NCBI RefSeq assembly: GCF_964355755.1
Contig: NC_092673.1
Coordinates: 29,881,648-29,945,647 of the forward strand
Length of the DNA: 64,000 bases
DNA from: Antedon mediterranea
Lineage: Eukaryota > Animalia > Echinodermata
Direction: 5' to 3'
Shown here: one piece after another, positions 50,101-62,800 of the stretch
Position numbering within the stretch: position 1 is the first letter of the stretch
How the letters are laid out: the number at the start of each line of letters is the position of its first letter
Notes under the pieces: generated by a model
The model's input: only the letters and a program-made list of their open reading frames with translations
Databases searched by the model: none
What the model was told of the DNA's origin: nothing
Translations under genes and position numbers: made by a program

Positions 50101-52378
50101 GTTGTTGGATTTCAACAAATGAACCTAATTAATGCGTGGTTCCCACTAGTGATGCAACACAACGACGTAGCGCAATGTAGGGGATTTGACCAATCACAAG
50201 CGATGAATTATTCAACCTATCGCTTGTCATTGGTCAACTCATTGGTGTTGCGTCCTAGTGGGAACCAAGCTTTAGCAGCGGGGTACTGTTTATGTAAATT
50301 AAGTTATTTATGACCTTTGATTTCAATTCTTTCATTAATTTTGTGTTTTTCAATGAGTTAATGATGAAGTAAGAAATAATAAAATAATTAAAAATATTAA
50401 TGTTCATAAATTATTTCTTTTCAGAGCATTCCCGTTGGTTGGTAAATTTGTATTTATCTTTTACAAGATGTTGTTTGGTGATCTCCTGACATTTTTGGCA
50501 ATTTTTGTGGTATTTGTTATGGGATTCTCACAAGGTAAGACACTACTCATTTTTGTCATCCTTTGACTTTTGATGTCAGCCTGACAACAAAATTATTATA
50601 TACTTTTGTAACCATGTATATTTGGTATGAATAATAAGCACATAAAAACGTTGTGTTAGAGACATTTTCACTACCTATGCCGTATCTCTTATCTCTCCTC
50701 TATACTGCCCTCATCGGCAAACTACCATCGGATCTAGATTGTTAGACAAATTAAAGAGTTTATTTAATTGTTGTTTCAGCAATGCATGTAATATTTGTTA
50801 GTTACGAACCAAAACCTGGAGACAGAGACTACCACATACTTCATTCCATTGTTGGGATATTCATTATGTCACTCGGTGAATTTGAAGATATTTATGACAA
50901 GTTTGAACAAACACAGCATCATATTATTGCTAAGGTAATGCATCCATATTAGGTGAACTATTTACTTTCAAGATATGATGAACGTTAAATATATATATTT
51001 TATAAGACCAGTTAAGATCGGATAATATGGTTTAAATAGAAATTGTAGCTTTGTTTTCTTTTATTTTTTATTAGTTTATGTATTTTTTTTTTCTTTTTCA
51101 TATATAATGTTATATCTTGGGGTGGGTAAAACTTAAAGTCTTTATGACTTATATGACTCTCTCCCCCCCCCCCCCCCCACATAATCACTTCATAGCATTT
51201 ATGTATGTATTTTTATTATATTGTGGAAATAAATTGAAATTGAAATTGAATATGGAAGTATATCTATATAACGTAGAACATGTCAAACACGGTTATATGT
51301 GTGTAGACATTATGTTACAGTTAGGAAGAGGAATGATTTCAGTCATTATGCCAAATGTTGAACCACCAAGGTTTCAAATAATGGACCACCCTTATTAAAA
51401 AGAAATACATATTTTATTTATACACTGATCTAGTTTTACTAATATTGCAGGAATAATTATTTTTGGTTCATTTTGTAGCTATTGTTTGCGGTATACATGA
51501 TCATAGTTTCCCTGTTGTTGATTAACATGCTGATTGCAATGATGGCATCAACATTCATTAAAATTGATGAGGCAAAAAACGAATACCAAAGACAGGTTTG
51601 TTTTTTTAATAGGCCTAATAGAAAAAAAAGTTTAGGTTTAAACTGTTGGTATAAATACCATTTTAGACTCAAACCAATAACTGTGTGACTAAAGAAACAA
51701 AAAGTAACATGTATGTTACCTGTTTACAGTGGGCCCAGATAGTGTTGGTCATTGAGCAGGGGTTGTCGCTCCGTGCTCGTAGGTTGCTTCAAAACAAGTA
51801 CTCAACTCCAATGTGGAATGGACAGGAAGGTAGAGCTATTGTAATGCGAAGTGAAAATGAGGTTCGTAAAATAATTCTAATATGATTTCTAATCATCATT
51901 TTTTCTTTATATGTGCTTTGTGCATACTGTACTTAATATATTGTAATGACTCCTGTCTGTAGTGGAATGTAACATTTTGTCATGTTGTTTGTGTATGGGT
52001 GAAAAAAGTGGAATAGTGATGAATATGTGTGTTCACACAGCCTTACATAACTTGATTTCTTGTGTTTAAAGGTCATGATGAATCTGTGTGTGAACAGAGC
52101 TTTACATAACTTGCTTTCTTATGTCTCAGGGTCATGATGAGTCATTGTATGTCAACTCAAAGTTCCTACACACCAAGAATACTCATCTAGAGTATAATGG
52201 AGATAAGTGGGTGATAAACACTGTAGAAGATGACGCACAGTCAACAGTCTCTGTCAGCTCTACCCCTGCAGGCCTGTCTGCCGACGACGATGAGCAACAA
52301 CACTTTCCAGATTTCCCTTCATACAAAGATCCATTTGGTAGTCATGGAGGGATTATCAACCAAGCTTATATGCAGTAG
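44104..52378 (+). CDS. TRPV cation channel, Nanchung/OCR-like
   Basis: Exons 44104-44416, 44510-44683, 44923-45112, 45515-45668, 46754-47005, 47616-47774, 48302-48394, 49264-49368, 49757-49911, 50425-50534, 50780-50934, 51479-51595, 51730-51861, 52130-52378. Ankyrin repeats ([37 protein letters not shown]), hydrophobic TM block, pore [17 protein letters not shown] and [14 protein letters not shown] helix. Confidence 0.9.
45830..46372. mobile_element. Kolobok-like MITE, copy 2
   Basis: TTAA|AGATGTATTGTCCC ... GGGACAATACATCT|TTAA; end fragments of the family also near 31790 and 44822. Confidence 0.8.
46459..46672. repeat. Degenerate AAGTATATGCT-type minisatellite
   Basis: Repeated GTATATGCTAAGT / AAGTATAAGT units. 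Confidence 0.75.
48635..48675 (+). ncRNA. Minimal type-I hammerhead ribozyme (Penelope-like element type)
   Basis: ttgca-CTGATGA-a-GGGC-tagtgtt-GCCC-GAAA-gctc-tgc: core boxes CUGAUGA and GAAA, 4-bp stem II, palindromic AGCT stem III, UC cleavage site and short GCA/TGC stem I. Confidence 0.7.
48729..49102. repeat. About 60-bp tandem array (6 copies) downstream of the hammerhead
   Basis: Unit TATCTCCATTGAGATCCAGCCACTGATACCCACAGCATTGTCATTTTTCAGTGCTTATTTT. Confidence 0.92.
49539..49661. mobile_element. Harbinger-like MITE copy
   Basis: Same family; TAA on both flanks. Confidence 0.75.
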
Positions 52379-52888
52379 TTCTTGAGTATAATAACACTCA
52401 CCTTCAATACCGCAACCCCCACCAACCCCCAACCAAATTTAAGCTAAATTCGCACATATCCATTGTTAATATAATCCTAGTATAATTACCACCTATAATT
52501 TATAATTTTTGGCAAATCACAAACACAAGGCCCTTGGGACTATACTTGGTTATATACAAAGATAATAATATGATATTATGACATTATAGAAAACAAAAGT
52601 GGAATCTTGTGTTCAGTGAAATCTGGGTGAGCTTTTAATAGAAGGCAGCTGATTGGCTGATAAAGTGGCAATATATAAATTAATTTATGACAATAGTCTA
52701 ATTCATAAGATGAATATTTTTATGTGTAAACAGGTTTTGTGTCATTTTAAGATGTAAAGTAATTTTAGTGGGATATTTATATATATAATATTAATATTTT
52801 TATAATTATAAACAGGGTAATTGTTATTGAATATTGTGTGTGTTTGGTTATGATAGTACTGTATAGTAAGTCTGATCAACTGGACTAA

Positions 52889-53243
52889 AGGCCCATTCAC
52901 ACTAGGGTGATAACGATCAACGATAAATAGATAACTAGCATGCATTTTTCTTTTCTTATAAAAAGAAAACAAATTTTCATCCTGTAACTATAGTATAACC
53001 ATCTATGCTTCCTTTGATAAAAATGATATTTTCACATATCCAATCAAATGACGGTAGGATTGATAAATGATTTTATTAATCATGACGTCATTTGAATGGG
53101 TTTAAAAAATATATTTTTACCAAGCACAGCATAAGTGATTATCCTATAGTTCTAGAAGGAAAATCTTTCTAATTTCTTTTGTTTTATGTAAAAAAAATGC
53201 ATGCTTATCTATGTATCGTTATCGTCCTAGTGTGAATGGGCCT
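52889..53243. mobile_element. Harbinger-like MITE with long TIRs
   Basis: AGGCCCATTCACACTAGG ... CCTAGTGTGAATGGGCCT with imperfect inverted arms of roughly 100 bp. Confidence 0.75.
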
Positions 53244-53649
53244 TACTCTATTAATGCAGTGAAGTTTCTATATTCATGTCAACTGAGGTCATTGCTTTTG
53301 TTTAAATTATGTTACTGCGGGTTCATTGTTGGTAACATCAGATAAAGCATTATTTAAACTACAACACAGTCATTCATATCAATGATAGCAGACATAAATA
53401 AATTCATATCTTTGTATTTATAACAATAATCGTGGGCAGAGGGCTCTTGAAATATCATGCCATACTTTAAAGTTATCTTTGTATTGAAATATGTGATCAG
53501 ATAATCGATACAAAGTCATTTATAATGCATTTAAGAGATTGAAATATATAATAAATTATAATATTAATAGAGATTTAGATTGCGATCCTTTTACATAAAT
53601 GTTTATTTAAGATATATGTAATAATATGAATGATAGTCTTTATTATTTA

Positions 53650-54364
53650 AGCTTAGTTCCCACTGCGAACTCAACGCCAGCAAGTTGACCAATCACAAGC
53701 CTACCACGCAGAATCAAGTTTGCTGCTGCTGCTGCTTGAGTGCGCACGTACGTACACCTCTTCGTCGCGCTTTGCGTATTAAATAGTAGCTTACTTGGAT
53801 AACTGAAAAAAGATTATTCATTGACACTTTAAAATAGTAACATTTTATTTTATAAAAAGTTATATGAAATTATACAGATTGTTATACGATATCTGAAAAA
53901 GTGTTCTTCGCTTGTCATTGGTCAACACGCTTGCGTTGCGTGTACGTCCTTGCGTTACATCCTAGTGGAAACCACGCTTAAGTTGCGCTTGCGACGAATG
54001 TGTCTACAAGTATACTCTGATCCGAATTGGCAGATCATTTGATGATTTGATAATTGAAAATCATTGGTTTACTTAATGCAAGGCTACCTAACAACCCTTC
54101 TTAAGCTTGGTTCCCACTAGAGACGCAACACAAGGACGTAACGCAACGTAAGTTAGTTGACCAATGACAAGCGATGGATTATTCAAACTGACGCTTTGGT
54201 CAACACGCTTGCATTGCGTTTACGTCCTTGCGTTACGTTCTAGTGGGAACCAAGCTTTAATTGAATTGACCAATCACAGTAGCCGATTGATTATTCGAAC
54301 TGTCGGTTGTCATTGGTCAATTGTTTGCGTTGCGTCTTCGTCCGTGCGTATAGAAACCAAGCTT
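53650..54364. mobile_element. Cluster of AAGCTTGGTTCCCACTAG-type MITEs
   Basis: Copies near 53650-53980, 54103-54258 and a partial one to 54364; another at 50132-50272. All share TGACCAATSACAAGCG internal inverted motifs. Confidence 0.7.
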
Positions 54365-54380
54365 TAATCTCAAAACAATT

Positions 54381-55412
54381 TTACGGTTCCTGCTCCTCGA
54401 TGATTGTTAGTGGATCCAGATCAAACCTGTTGTTAGACATTCCAGATTTAATTGAAGATTTTCCATCTAATGTTAATGATGTGCTAGTCAACTGGATGTC
54501 CGCCGGTTGCTGCTTATTTGAAATCCATTCCCAAACTCGCAAATTGTTATCCTGCTCTTCTTCGTCGAAAAGTCTCTTTTCTAGATTTTCTACCGTCAAT
54601 GGACTAACTAATTCTAGATCACATTCCTCGTGGTCATACTGTTTTTCCCACGGAGCTAACTTTTCTCTTTTTTTATTCCGTTTATTAACATTTTCGCTAG
54701 TTCTCTGATCATCATTATACACATAAGCAAGATTATTTTTAAATCTGTAATCGCTGCTACTACTTGACAATACGTCACTTTCGTTTTGTCTGTCATAATC
54801 AAATGCTCCAATGTTTTGAGAAGTGCTTCGTAATCCGACGTTTCGACCATATAAAAAGTTAGACGGTTGAATATTGTTTCTACGAGTGACGTAGCTAAAT
54901 CCTGCTGTATTTATACTATATTGTCTATCACGTCTTTGTATCGTTTGAAGCGCTGAAGAACGCCGAGGTTTTTCAAAGGCAGAATGCCCGACCGTCTGTG
55001 GTCTAGTTAAAAATCCAGAAGGAGAACTGTCATGATTTGCTGGTTGTAAATGTTTGCTATCGACTGGAAACGACGCACGGCGAAACCTGTTGTCAGGGGA
55101 GTCATCGCAGAATGTCAGACTAGAACCAGGTAAAGGTAACCGCGATGAATCAAACCTTTTGCCATTTGAATAATCCATATTAACAATGTTTACCTGATTC
55201 CTTGGATTAGTTATTCCAATTCGTTTTCTTGCTTCTAAATAACAACTTGATTCAGATAATCTTCGATGATGTGGCGATGACAGTTTTTGTTGAATTCCAT
55301 TAACTTTTTGTCTAGATCTTATTGGTGGAAACAAAGTTGCCTGGTAACCACGTGACAGTTTCTTCTCTTCCCATTGTGGACCATAATCAACTGATTCCTT
55401 GTAAGGATACAT
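54381..55412 (-). CDS. Intronless 343-aa ORF, Ser/Arg/Asn-rich, likely disordered, function unknown
   Basis: 1032-bp stop-free non-repetitive frame in AT-rich DNA, with more GC/CpG than the flanking introns. No domain recognised. Confidence 0.6.
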   Translation of the reverse strand: MYPYKESVDYGPQWEEKKLSRGYQATLFPPIRSRQKVNGIQQKLSSPHHRRLSESSCYLEARKRIGITNPRNQVNIVNMDYSNGKRFDSSRLPLPGSSLTFCDDSPDNRFRRASFPVDSKHLQPANHDSSPSGFLTRPQTVGHSAFEKPRRSSALQTIQRRDRQYSINTAGFSYVTRRNNIQPSNFLYGRNVGLRSTSQNIGAFDYDRQNESDVLSSSSSDYRFKNNLAYVYNDDQRTSENVNKRNKKREKLAPWEKQYDHEECDLELVSPLTVENLEKRLFDEEEQDNNLRVWEWISNKQQPADIQLTSTSLTLDGKSSIKSGMSNNRFDLDPLTIIEEQEP

Positions 55413-56806
55413 ACTGCGTAAGATACTGGATTATACATGAAAGCAAATCAATTGAAACGACAAAAACGACTCAGAGCACGAACTGTTTTGTGATCTTCAC
55501 TCGCCTGCTGTTGCTTTTATCAATAGATACAAGAGTCTATTGATCATTCGAATGATTCGTGTAACATGCATAAACTGAACTTTAAACTAATAACGCTGAA
55601 CCATTACAAACATTAAGTGTTGTTAAAGTGGGTAGTTTAAATATTGACCATGTCTAGTTAAACTAGACTACCGTAACCCACGGAATACGGGGCGTAAAAT
55701 AAAATTTGTGAACCTAAAAACTAAAAAGAAGTATACCGATTTCCATTATTTATTCGGTTACATCGGCGATCTTAAATTAAAGATATAATTTTGTTTTTAA
55801 AGAAAGATCGGTAACTTCTAGATAGATAGAGTATTAAATGTTCTTTTCAGAAAAGTTACGATTGATCCATTTTAAAATGTGATAAACGGCTCCCCGTACT
55901 TAACTGAATTTCGTTATCTAGCATTTTAGTGTTGTCCTGTAAGCCTGGTAATAAGTACATGCATTACTACTATTGGAATCCCACGTACTAATCTAAATCA
56001 TTGTATATTTTATGATAAAACAAATGGTGTAAAATGTGTGCATATGTGCCTAAAGCCTTTTAAATTTGACATGACACATATGTGTCTTACTGTTTTGTGC
56101 CAAGTTATTTTATAGGCCCAATTATTACCACTTTATAATTTAAAGTTTTTCAATGTAATATGTTGAATGTAGATATTATAGGCTTACTTTTCGTTATGTT
56201 TTTTTTTAACTGAAAAATATACGAAGATAATAGATTATTCATTTTCAGTATTAGTAGAGTGTAGTGTGACGTGTAGTAGCAGCTGCAATAATGTAAACTT
56301 TAGCCAAGCTATTGAGGGCGCTCGACCGATTCCGGGAGAACGTGTTGTCGTCGTGATGGTAAACAATAAGTTGTTTTATTTTACAAAGTGTAATTAAAGT
56401 AATACGATCAACGAATCGTGATGAAATGCAGTATTTTTCAAAAAGCCTAATATGTTATTTTTATACCTTACCTAGCACCAGGTCTATCTATGAACTAGCT
56501 ATAGCGCAAAGCATTATAGAGGGCCTAGTTAGAGGCCTACCTAGCTAGGCTAGCAGCTGCCCGGACTGTACTGCCTGCAGTTTTTAGGAAGATGAGGCTA
56601 GGCAAGCAGGCCTAGGGCCTAGTCCTAGCTAATTTTGTAATATGCGGCTGAGATGGGTATGGCAACTGTGGTATCTGTACAGCTTAAGCCAGGCTAGATG
56701 GCCCGAGATAGCCCAGTCATACGTCTCCTGCCCCTAATTTTTAAAATTACAATGAAAAAGATTGGACATTGATTGATTGTGTTATGATATTTATATTTTA
56801 GATGAG

Positions 56807-59800
56807 ATGGAGCTGCATCCAATTCTAGAGGCAGATGATGTACCAAACTATGATATGTGGTATGTGTTGTCTCCTCGTGGTGAGCCACCTAGTATGCGTG
56901 TTGGACACACATGTATCTTTGTGCCCGAAAACAAAGAATCTTCATCTAAACTATTGATTGTGGGCGGAGCAAATCCAAATGGATCCTTTTCTGAAACATA
57001 TTTTTTAGACTTTAGTAAGTTGTCTTTAGTAAGCTCTGTCTACACGGTGTCTGATCATTTCGGCCGCCAGTCATTTCGGCCGCCGGTTATGGAATTGCCA
57101 AATTCATGAAACGCCAAAAAGGACAAAATATGTATTGTTAATTTCGGCCGCCAGAATTGTAATTATTCTTGAATATGTATGACACGCCATGTGTGTTTAA
57201 ATGTTAATATTTTACTAGGCCTAAATACTGTATTAAAAAGCCGAATCGGTGGTCTTCAATTCCAGAAACAGCAGTGATATTATAGCGTGCACATTGCCAT
57301 CACTACAGTGAATATTAATGATATTTTTTTAATAAGAAGGAGGTGATGCTGAAGTTTTTTTTATGTGCCAGTCAAAAACACTTGACTTGATTCATAAAAC
57401 ACATTTTTACAAAGCACACGCATCTTCGGGACTTGTAAAATAAATAAAAAAATAAACATTAAATCAATATTCATTTTGACCAAAATATTCAGACGGTAAA
57501 ATACCGTAACTAATATAACTTTAAATCTATGCCTACGGCAAAAACAAAATGTATTTAGCCCATTGCACAACTGATCTCTAGTTTAAATGACCATAGTTCT
57601 CTGTGGCGTTCCATAGACTTGATAAAGTTATTTTTTTTCACTGTAATACTGTACAGTTAATGAGTTATTTCTGGCTATTTCAATTTGGCGCGCCATACCT
57701 GGCGGCCGAAATGATCATGCCATATTTTGTCCTTTTTGGAGTTTCATGAATTTGGGCGTTCCATAACCGGCGGCCGAAATGATTGGCGGCCGAAATGCAC
57801 TGTGACCGTCTACACTATCAAACTTTGTGATAAAAAAAATGTGATGTGGCCATATATATGGACACAATGGTGTCAAATGTGTGCATATTACTATCATATT
57901 TGGGAAACCTTTCACACTTTTTTTGTCACAACAGCTTGATAGTGTGGATAGAGCTTTTCTGTAGATTCGGAATTGTAGGTTAAATTGCTTATTTTAAGGA
58001 TGCTTTGATGCCTTTTTTAGTCCTATTTTCCCGGTCTTTTATTTTTTTTGTCTTAAGTGCATTGAGGCTTTGCATAATGTACTATATTAGTATTATTAAA
58101 TAGTTTTTTAAGGTTAAAAATTCTTTTCTACTCTTTATTTAACTGATGGTGTATATTTCTTTTCATAGAGAAATATGAGTGGGACATACCAGAATTAAAA
58201 GGTTTACAAGCACGGTATGAGCACACAACATGGCTAACAGATAATAACGTATATGTGTTTGGTGGTGCTGACATGAATGGTAATCTCAATACTATTCAGA
58301 AACTAGACTTGGGTGAGTATGCTGATATTTTTATACGATATTTTTATGTGATAAGTGAGCAAATGCAATTTCCAGTTTATTTGGACAATAAAAGTTATCT
58401 GTATCTGTATCTGTTAAAATATGGAGTTTAAGCCATACTGGTCACAGCTGCGCTCCCAACAGTTTTAATTGATTTGGTAGTTAGAATGTTATTATCAAAT
58501 GGCTGAGCGGTTAATGCAGGGGCGCAGTTTACCATTCCTAAAAGAACCAACAATATTATCAGCATGGGTTCGAGGCCAACTCGCTCCTAGTTCTGGTGGT
58601 GGAACTAGTCTTCTCGGATAAGGACTATAGACCGTAGGTCCAGTGTACACAACTTTAAAGAACCCAGTTCATCAGTCAAGACAAGTAGGGGGTTACCGCG
58701 GTAAACTATTTGATAGGACAGTGATTAATTTACTATTGCTAATTCTTAGCCACATGTGCCTAAAGACATTTTTTTTAAAAATATGTAATGTAAAAATAAG
58801 AATTAAGTATTAATATAATAAATTTATATAAGTTTATAGCTTTTATCTAGCCGACATTCGGGCACTGAATGCTTCTCAGTATTCCGTACGAGAGTGATGT
58901 GACACTTTTTTAATTGTTTTTAATTTATCTGTTTTTATATATCTCAGAGCAAACATAATGTTTATGTATATTTTATATGCAAATGACAATAAATGGTTCA
59001 AGTCATTTTCCACTGATAAATGAATGAATGTTTTGTTCAGATACTGATTTATGGACAACACCTGTCCTGTCTGGTATCCCTCCAAGTCCTCGCACCTGTC
59101 ACGCGCATGCAACAGCTAATAATATGATGTATGTGATTGGAGGAGGTGAAACAGGTGCTGAACCAGTAGCTGACAGACAACTTCATGTTTTCGACTCAAG
59201 TAAGTCCGTTTGTGTGGGTTTTGCTAAAATCTTTCAACTTTCAATAATTTAGATCCTTCATGGTCTATGCTTCAAAGGAATATAGAAAGGAAATTGACCC
59301 TCCCTAAAGATACTGTTACAATAAACACATAAACTTCTATTTCTGTGTAGTGCAGTAAAACCCCTATTAAGGGGACACCTTCAGGACCCATCAAAATGTT
59401 ACCTGAATAGAAATCATAATATGGTGTTAAAACATTAACGCACCATTTCCATTTGCTTCATTTTCAAGGGATACCTTGGTATTTTTAAAGGATACCTTGG
59501 TATTTTCAAAGGATACCTTGGTATTTTTAAAGGATACCTTGGTATTTCAAAGGATACCTTGGTAAAGGATACCTTGGTATTTTCAAAGGATACCATTCAT
59601 ATTTTCAAATGATACCTTGGTATTTTTAAAGTATACCTTGGTATTTTCAAAGGATACCTTGGTATTTTTAAAGGATACCTTGGTATTTTTAAAGGATACC
59701 TTGGAATTTTCAAATGATACCTTGGTAAAGGATACCTTGGTGTTTTCAAAGGATACCATTCATATTTTCAAATGATACCTTGGTATTTTCAAAGGATACC

Positions 59801-62800
59801 TTGGTATTTTCAAAGGATACCTTGGTATTTTCAAAGGATACCTTGGTAAAGGATACCCTGGTGTTTTCAAAGGATACCTTGGTATTTTCAAAGGATACCT
59901 TGGTATTTTCAAAGGATATCTTGGTATTTTCAAAGGATACCTTGGTAAAGGATACCTTGGTATTTTCAAAGGATACCTTGGTATTTTTTAAAGAATACCT
60001 TGGTATTTTTAAAGGATGCCTTGGTATTTTCAAGGAATAACTTGGTCTTTTCAAAGGATACCTTGGTATTTTTAAAGGATACCTTGGTATTTTCAAAGGA
60101 TACCTTGGTAAATGATACCTTGGTATTTTCAAAGAATACCATTCATATTTTCAAATGATACCTTGGTATTTTCAAATGATACCTTGGTATTTTCAAAGGA
60201 TACCTTAGTATTTTTAAGGGATACCTTGGTATTTTTAAGGGATACCTTCGTATTTTCAAGGGATACCTTGGTATTTTCAAGGGATACCTTGGTATTTTCA
60301 AAGGATACCTTGGTATTTTCAATGGATACCTTGGTAATTTCAAGGGATACCTTGGTATTTTCAAAGGATGCCTTGGTTATATTAAAGGATACCTTGGTAA
60401 AGAATACCTTGGTATTTTCAAAGGATACATTGGTAAAGAATACCTTGGTAATTTTAAAGGATACCTTGATATTTTTAAAGCATACCTTGGTATTTTTAAA
60501 GCATACCTTGGTATTTTCAAGGGATACCTTGGTATTTTCACAGATTTGTGTCATGGTGGTGATTGTGTTTAATCTACAATAGATTATTTAAAGCATTGAC
60601 TTATTAGAAAGGAGGTGATTTCCTGGTTCCGTATGTTATTAAATTCCCAGTACCTGCTTCCTTCTTCTCACCATACTGTCATAATACTATAACACTACAT
60701 GGCATTGACCAAGATTTTATGTTGGTACCTGTACTCACAAGATTGTGGAGGAAAGTTTACAAACCACTGGTACCTAATTATTACGAAGAATAAAATAAAC
60801 TTTTATTATTCAATTTTCAATATTAAAGATTATTTATTATTTAATAAAATATAAGTGTAATATATTTTATTTCAAAATAGCGATTAATAACTGATTGGAT
60901 AAGCAGAGGTTATGATTAATAACTGATTGGATAAGCAGAGGGAATGATAAGAGATATTTTACTCCTGGTAGAAAATAGAGAGATTCAATTTTTATTAAAT
61001 ACCTTACTATATTACTAATCTATTGGAAACAGATAAAATGAATGTTTGGTGCACAATAGACTTGTCTGTATTTATTGTCTTTTTTTATGTTTTTCCACCT
61101 GTTGATGTTTCGATTTTTGTCTGTAAGTAAGTAATATACGTATGAAATGCCATATGTGCCAAAGTAATAATCTTTTTACTAATATTAAGTCAAATCTCCG
61201 TCTGATTAGGTGTACAAGTACACAAATAACAAATTTATTTTTCATGTTTTTAACTTGTTTCTTAAAAGAAACATTAACATGGAGTCAACCAAAGACCAAT
61301 GGAAAACCCCCAAAGGCAAGACATGGTCATGTGATGGTTGTTATTGGCAACAAATTGTTCCTCCACGGCGGAATGTCCCGAAACACTTTCTTTGATGACC
61401 TGCATGAATTAAATTTAAGTGAGTATTTTATTTCATATAGTTTCATTTTCATTTAATAAATATTGAAAATTATTTTAAGTAAGGATGGCCATTGAGTCGA
61501 AAGTTTCACTTTAATGTTTAACGTTATTTCAATACTGTATTGTCTGTATCTGTAAAAGAGCTGTACACCAGTCTCGTGAATAAATAAAGTTTTTACAGTA
61601 TATATGTATATACACATCAGGCACAAAACCGGCTCAGCTACAGTGATTAAGTTCACTTAGGTTGACCCTGGTCTCCCCAATTTCAGTTTTTAGTCGCGTT
61701 GAAGCGACTCTATAGTTCACTATGTCGGTCGGTCGGTCTGTCTGTCGGTCCGGTATCACTATGCGTTTTATCGCTTTCTGACCTTATCTTGATATCAGTT
61801 TAATCTAGATAAGTCAATTTTTCACAGAATATTCCTTATGGCCAGGAATCGATGTGGTTATGTTTTCACGTTGCGTAATAAAAAATTACGCGGTCTACGC
61901 ACGATTTAACGAAATCACGTTTGTAATCATATCTTCACAACCATGAATCACAATTAAATAAAATTTGGTACTCATAAATTTCAGGGCATAAATCATCATA
62001 TGGCAATACAATTACGTGCGTAGCACATGTAACGCATGCGTACGCGCGCTTAAAATTTTCAAAATTTATTTTTCGATGAAATAAGAGTACGTTTCAGGCA
62101 ATTTTAAGCGTTTACAAAATTGCCATGAGTGCGCAGATTTTTGCGCGCGTTAAATGTTGTTGCACACTCTTTTTGCCCGATTTCTGTTTTCTTGACTTAC
62201 TTTTCAACTCAAAATTACGTTATACGAGCAAGTCAAAAGTGACAGGCTACGCACGTGTAAATTAAAAAAATATAACTGTTTTTAAACATTTCAACATTTT
62301 TAAACATGTTCAGTAATTTCGGTCAGTTGGTAGGTTGGTCGGTCGGTCGGTAAACACTAAGCACGCGACTGCAGCCATCTATATGGCCTTGTTTTTGTAT
62401 TATGTATATACTCAAATAGACCAAATAAATGATGAAATGAAATGAAATTAATTCCAAACCGCCCGGTGCTATACTGAAATTTAATTAATTAATTTGAAAC
62501 GATAAAGATGAGGAAATCTGTTAGAATGAGAAAAGTAAAATTTAATTAATCTGTATTCTAGCAATTTAAATTGTTATTTAGAAACACTGACATGGAAACA
62601 AGTACGTTGTAAAGGAGATATCCCATCAGGCCGAGCAGCTCATGCAGCCGTATCCTATGGCAACCATATCATCATCTCTTGTGGCATGAATCATACTGGT
62701 GCGATGGATGATTTGTACCACTACAATACAGGTAATTATAATAAAACAATTTTTTATTCAGAATCGAAATTTGAACATTCATTTAAATTCTTACTTATTA

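Noticed and set aside
54307-54708. 133-aa plus-strand ORF
   Set aside because: Antisense shadow of the 343-aa ORF, beginning within a MITE.
58498-58585. Possible tRNA gene
   Set aside because: A and B boxes are present but there is no clean cloverleaf, and it continues into a dispersed SINE body. The same holds for the 36320-36390 head.
59746-60582. Multiple ORFs (KIPRYPL, SKDTLVF, ENTKVSF repeats)
   Set aside because: Translations of a stop-poor 21-bp minisatellite inside a RABEPK intron.
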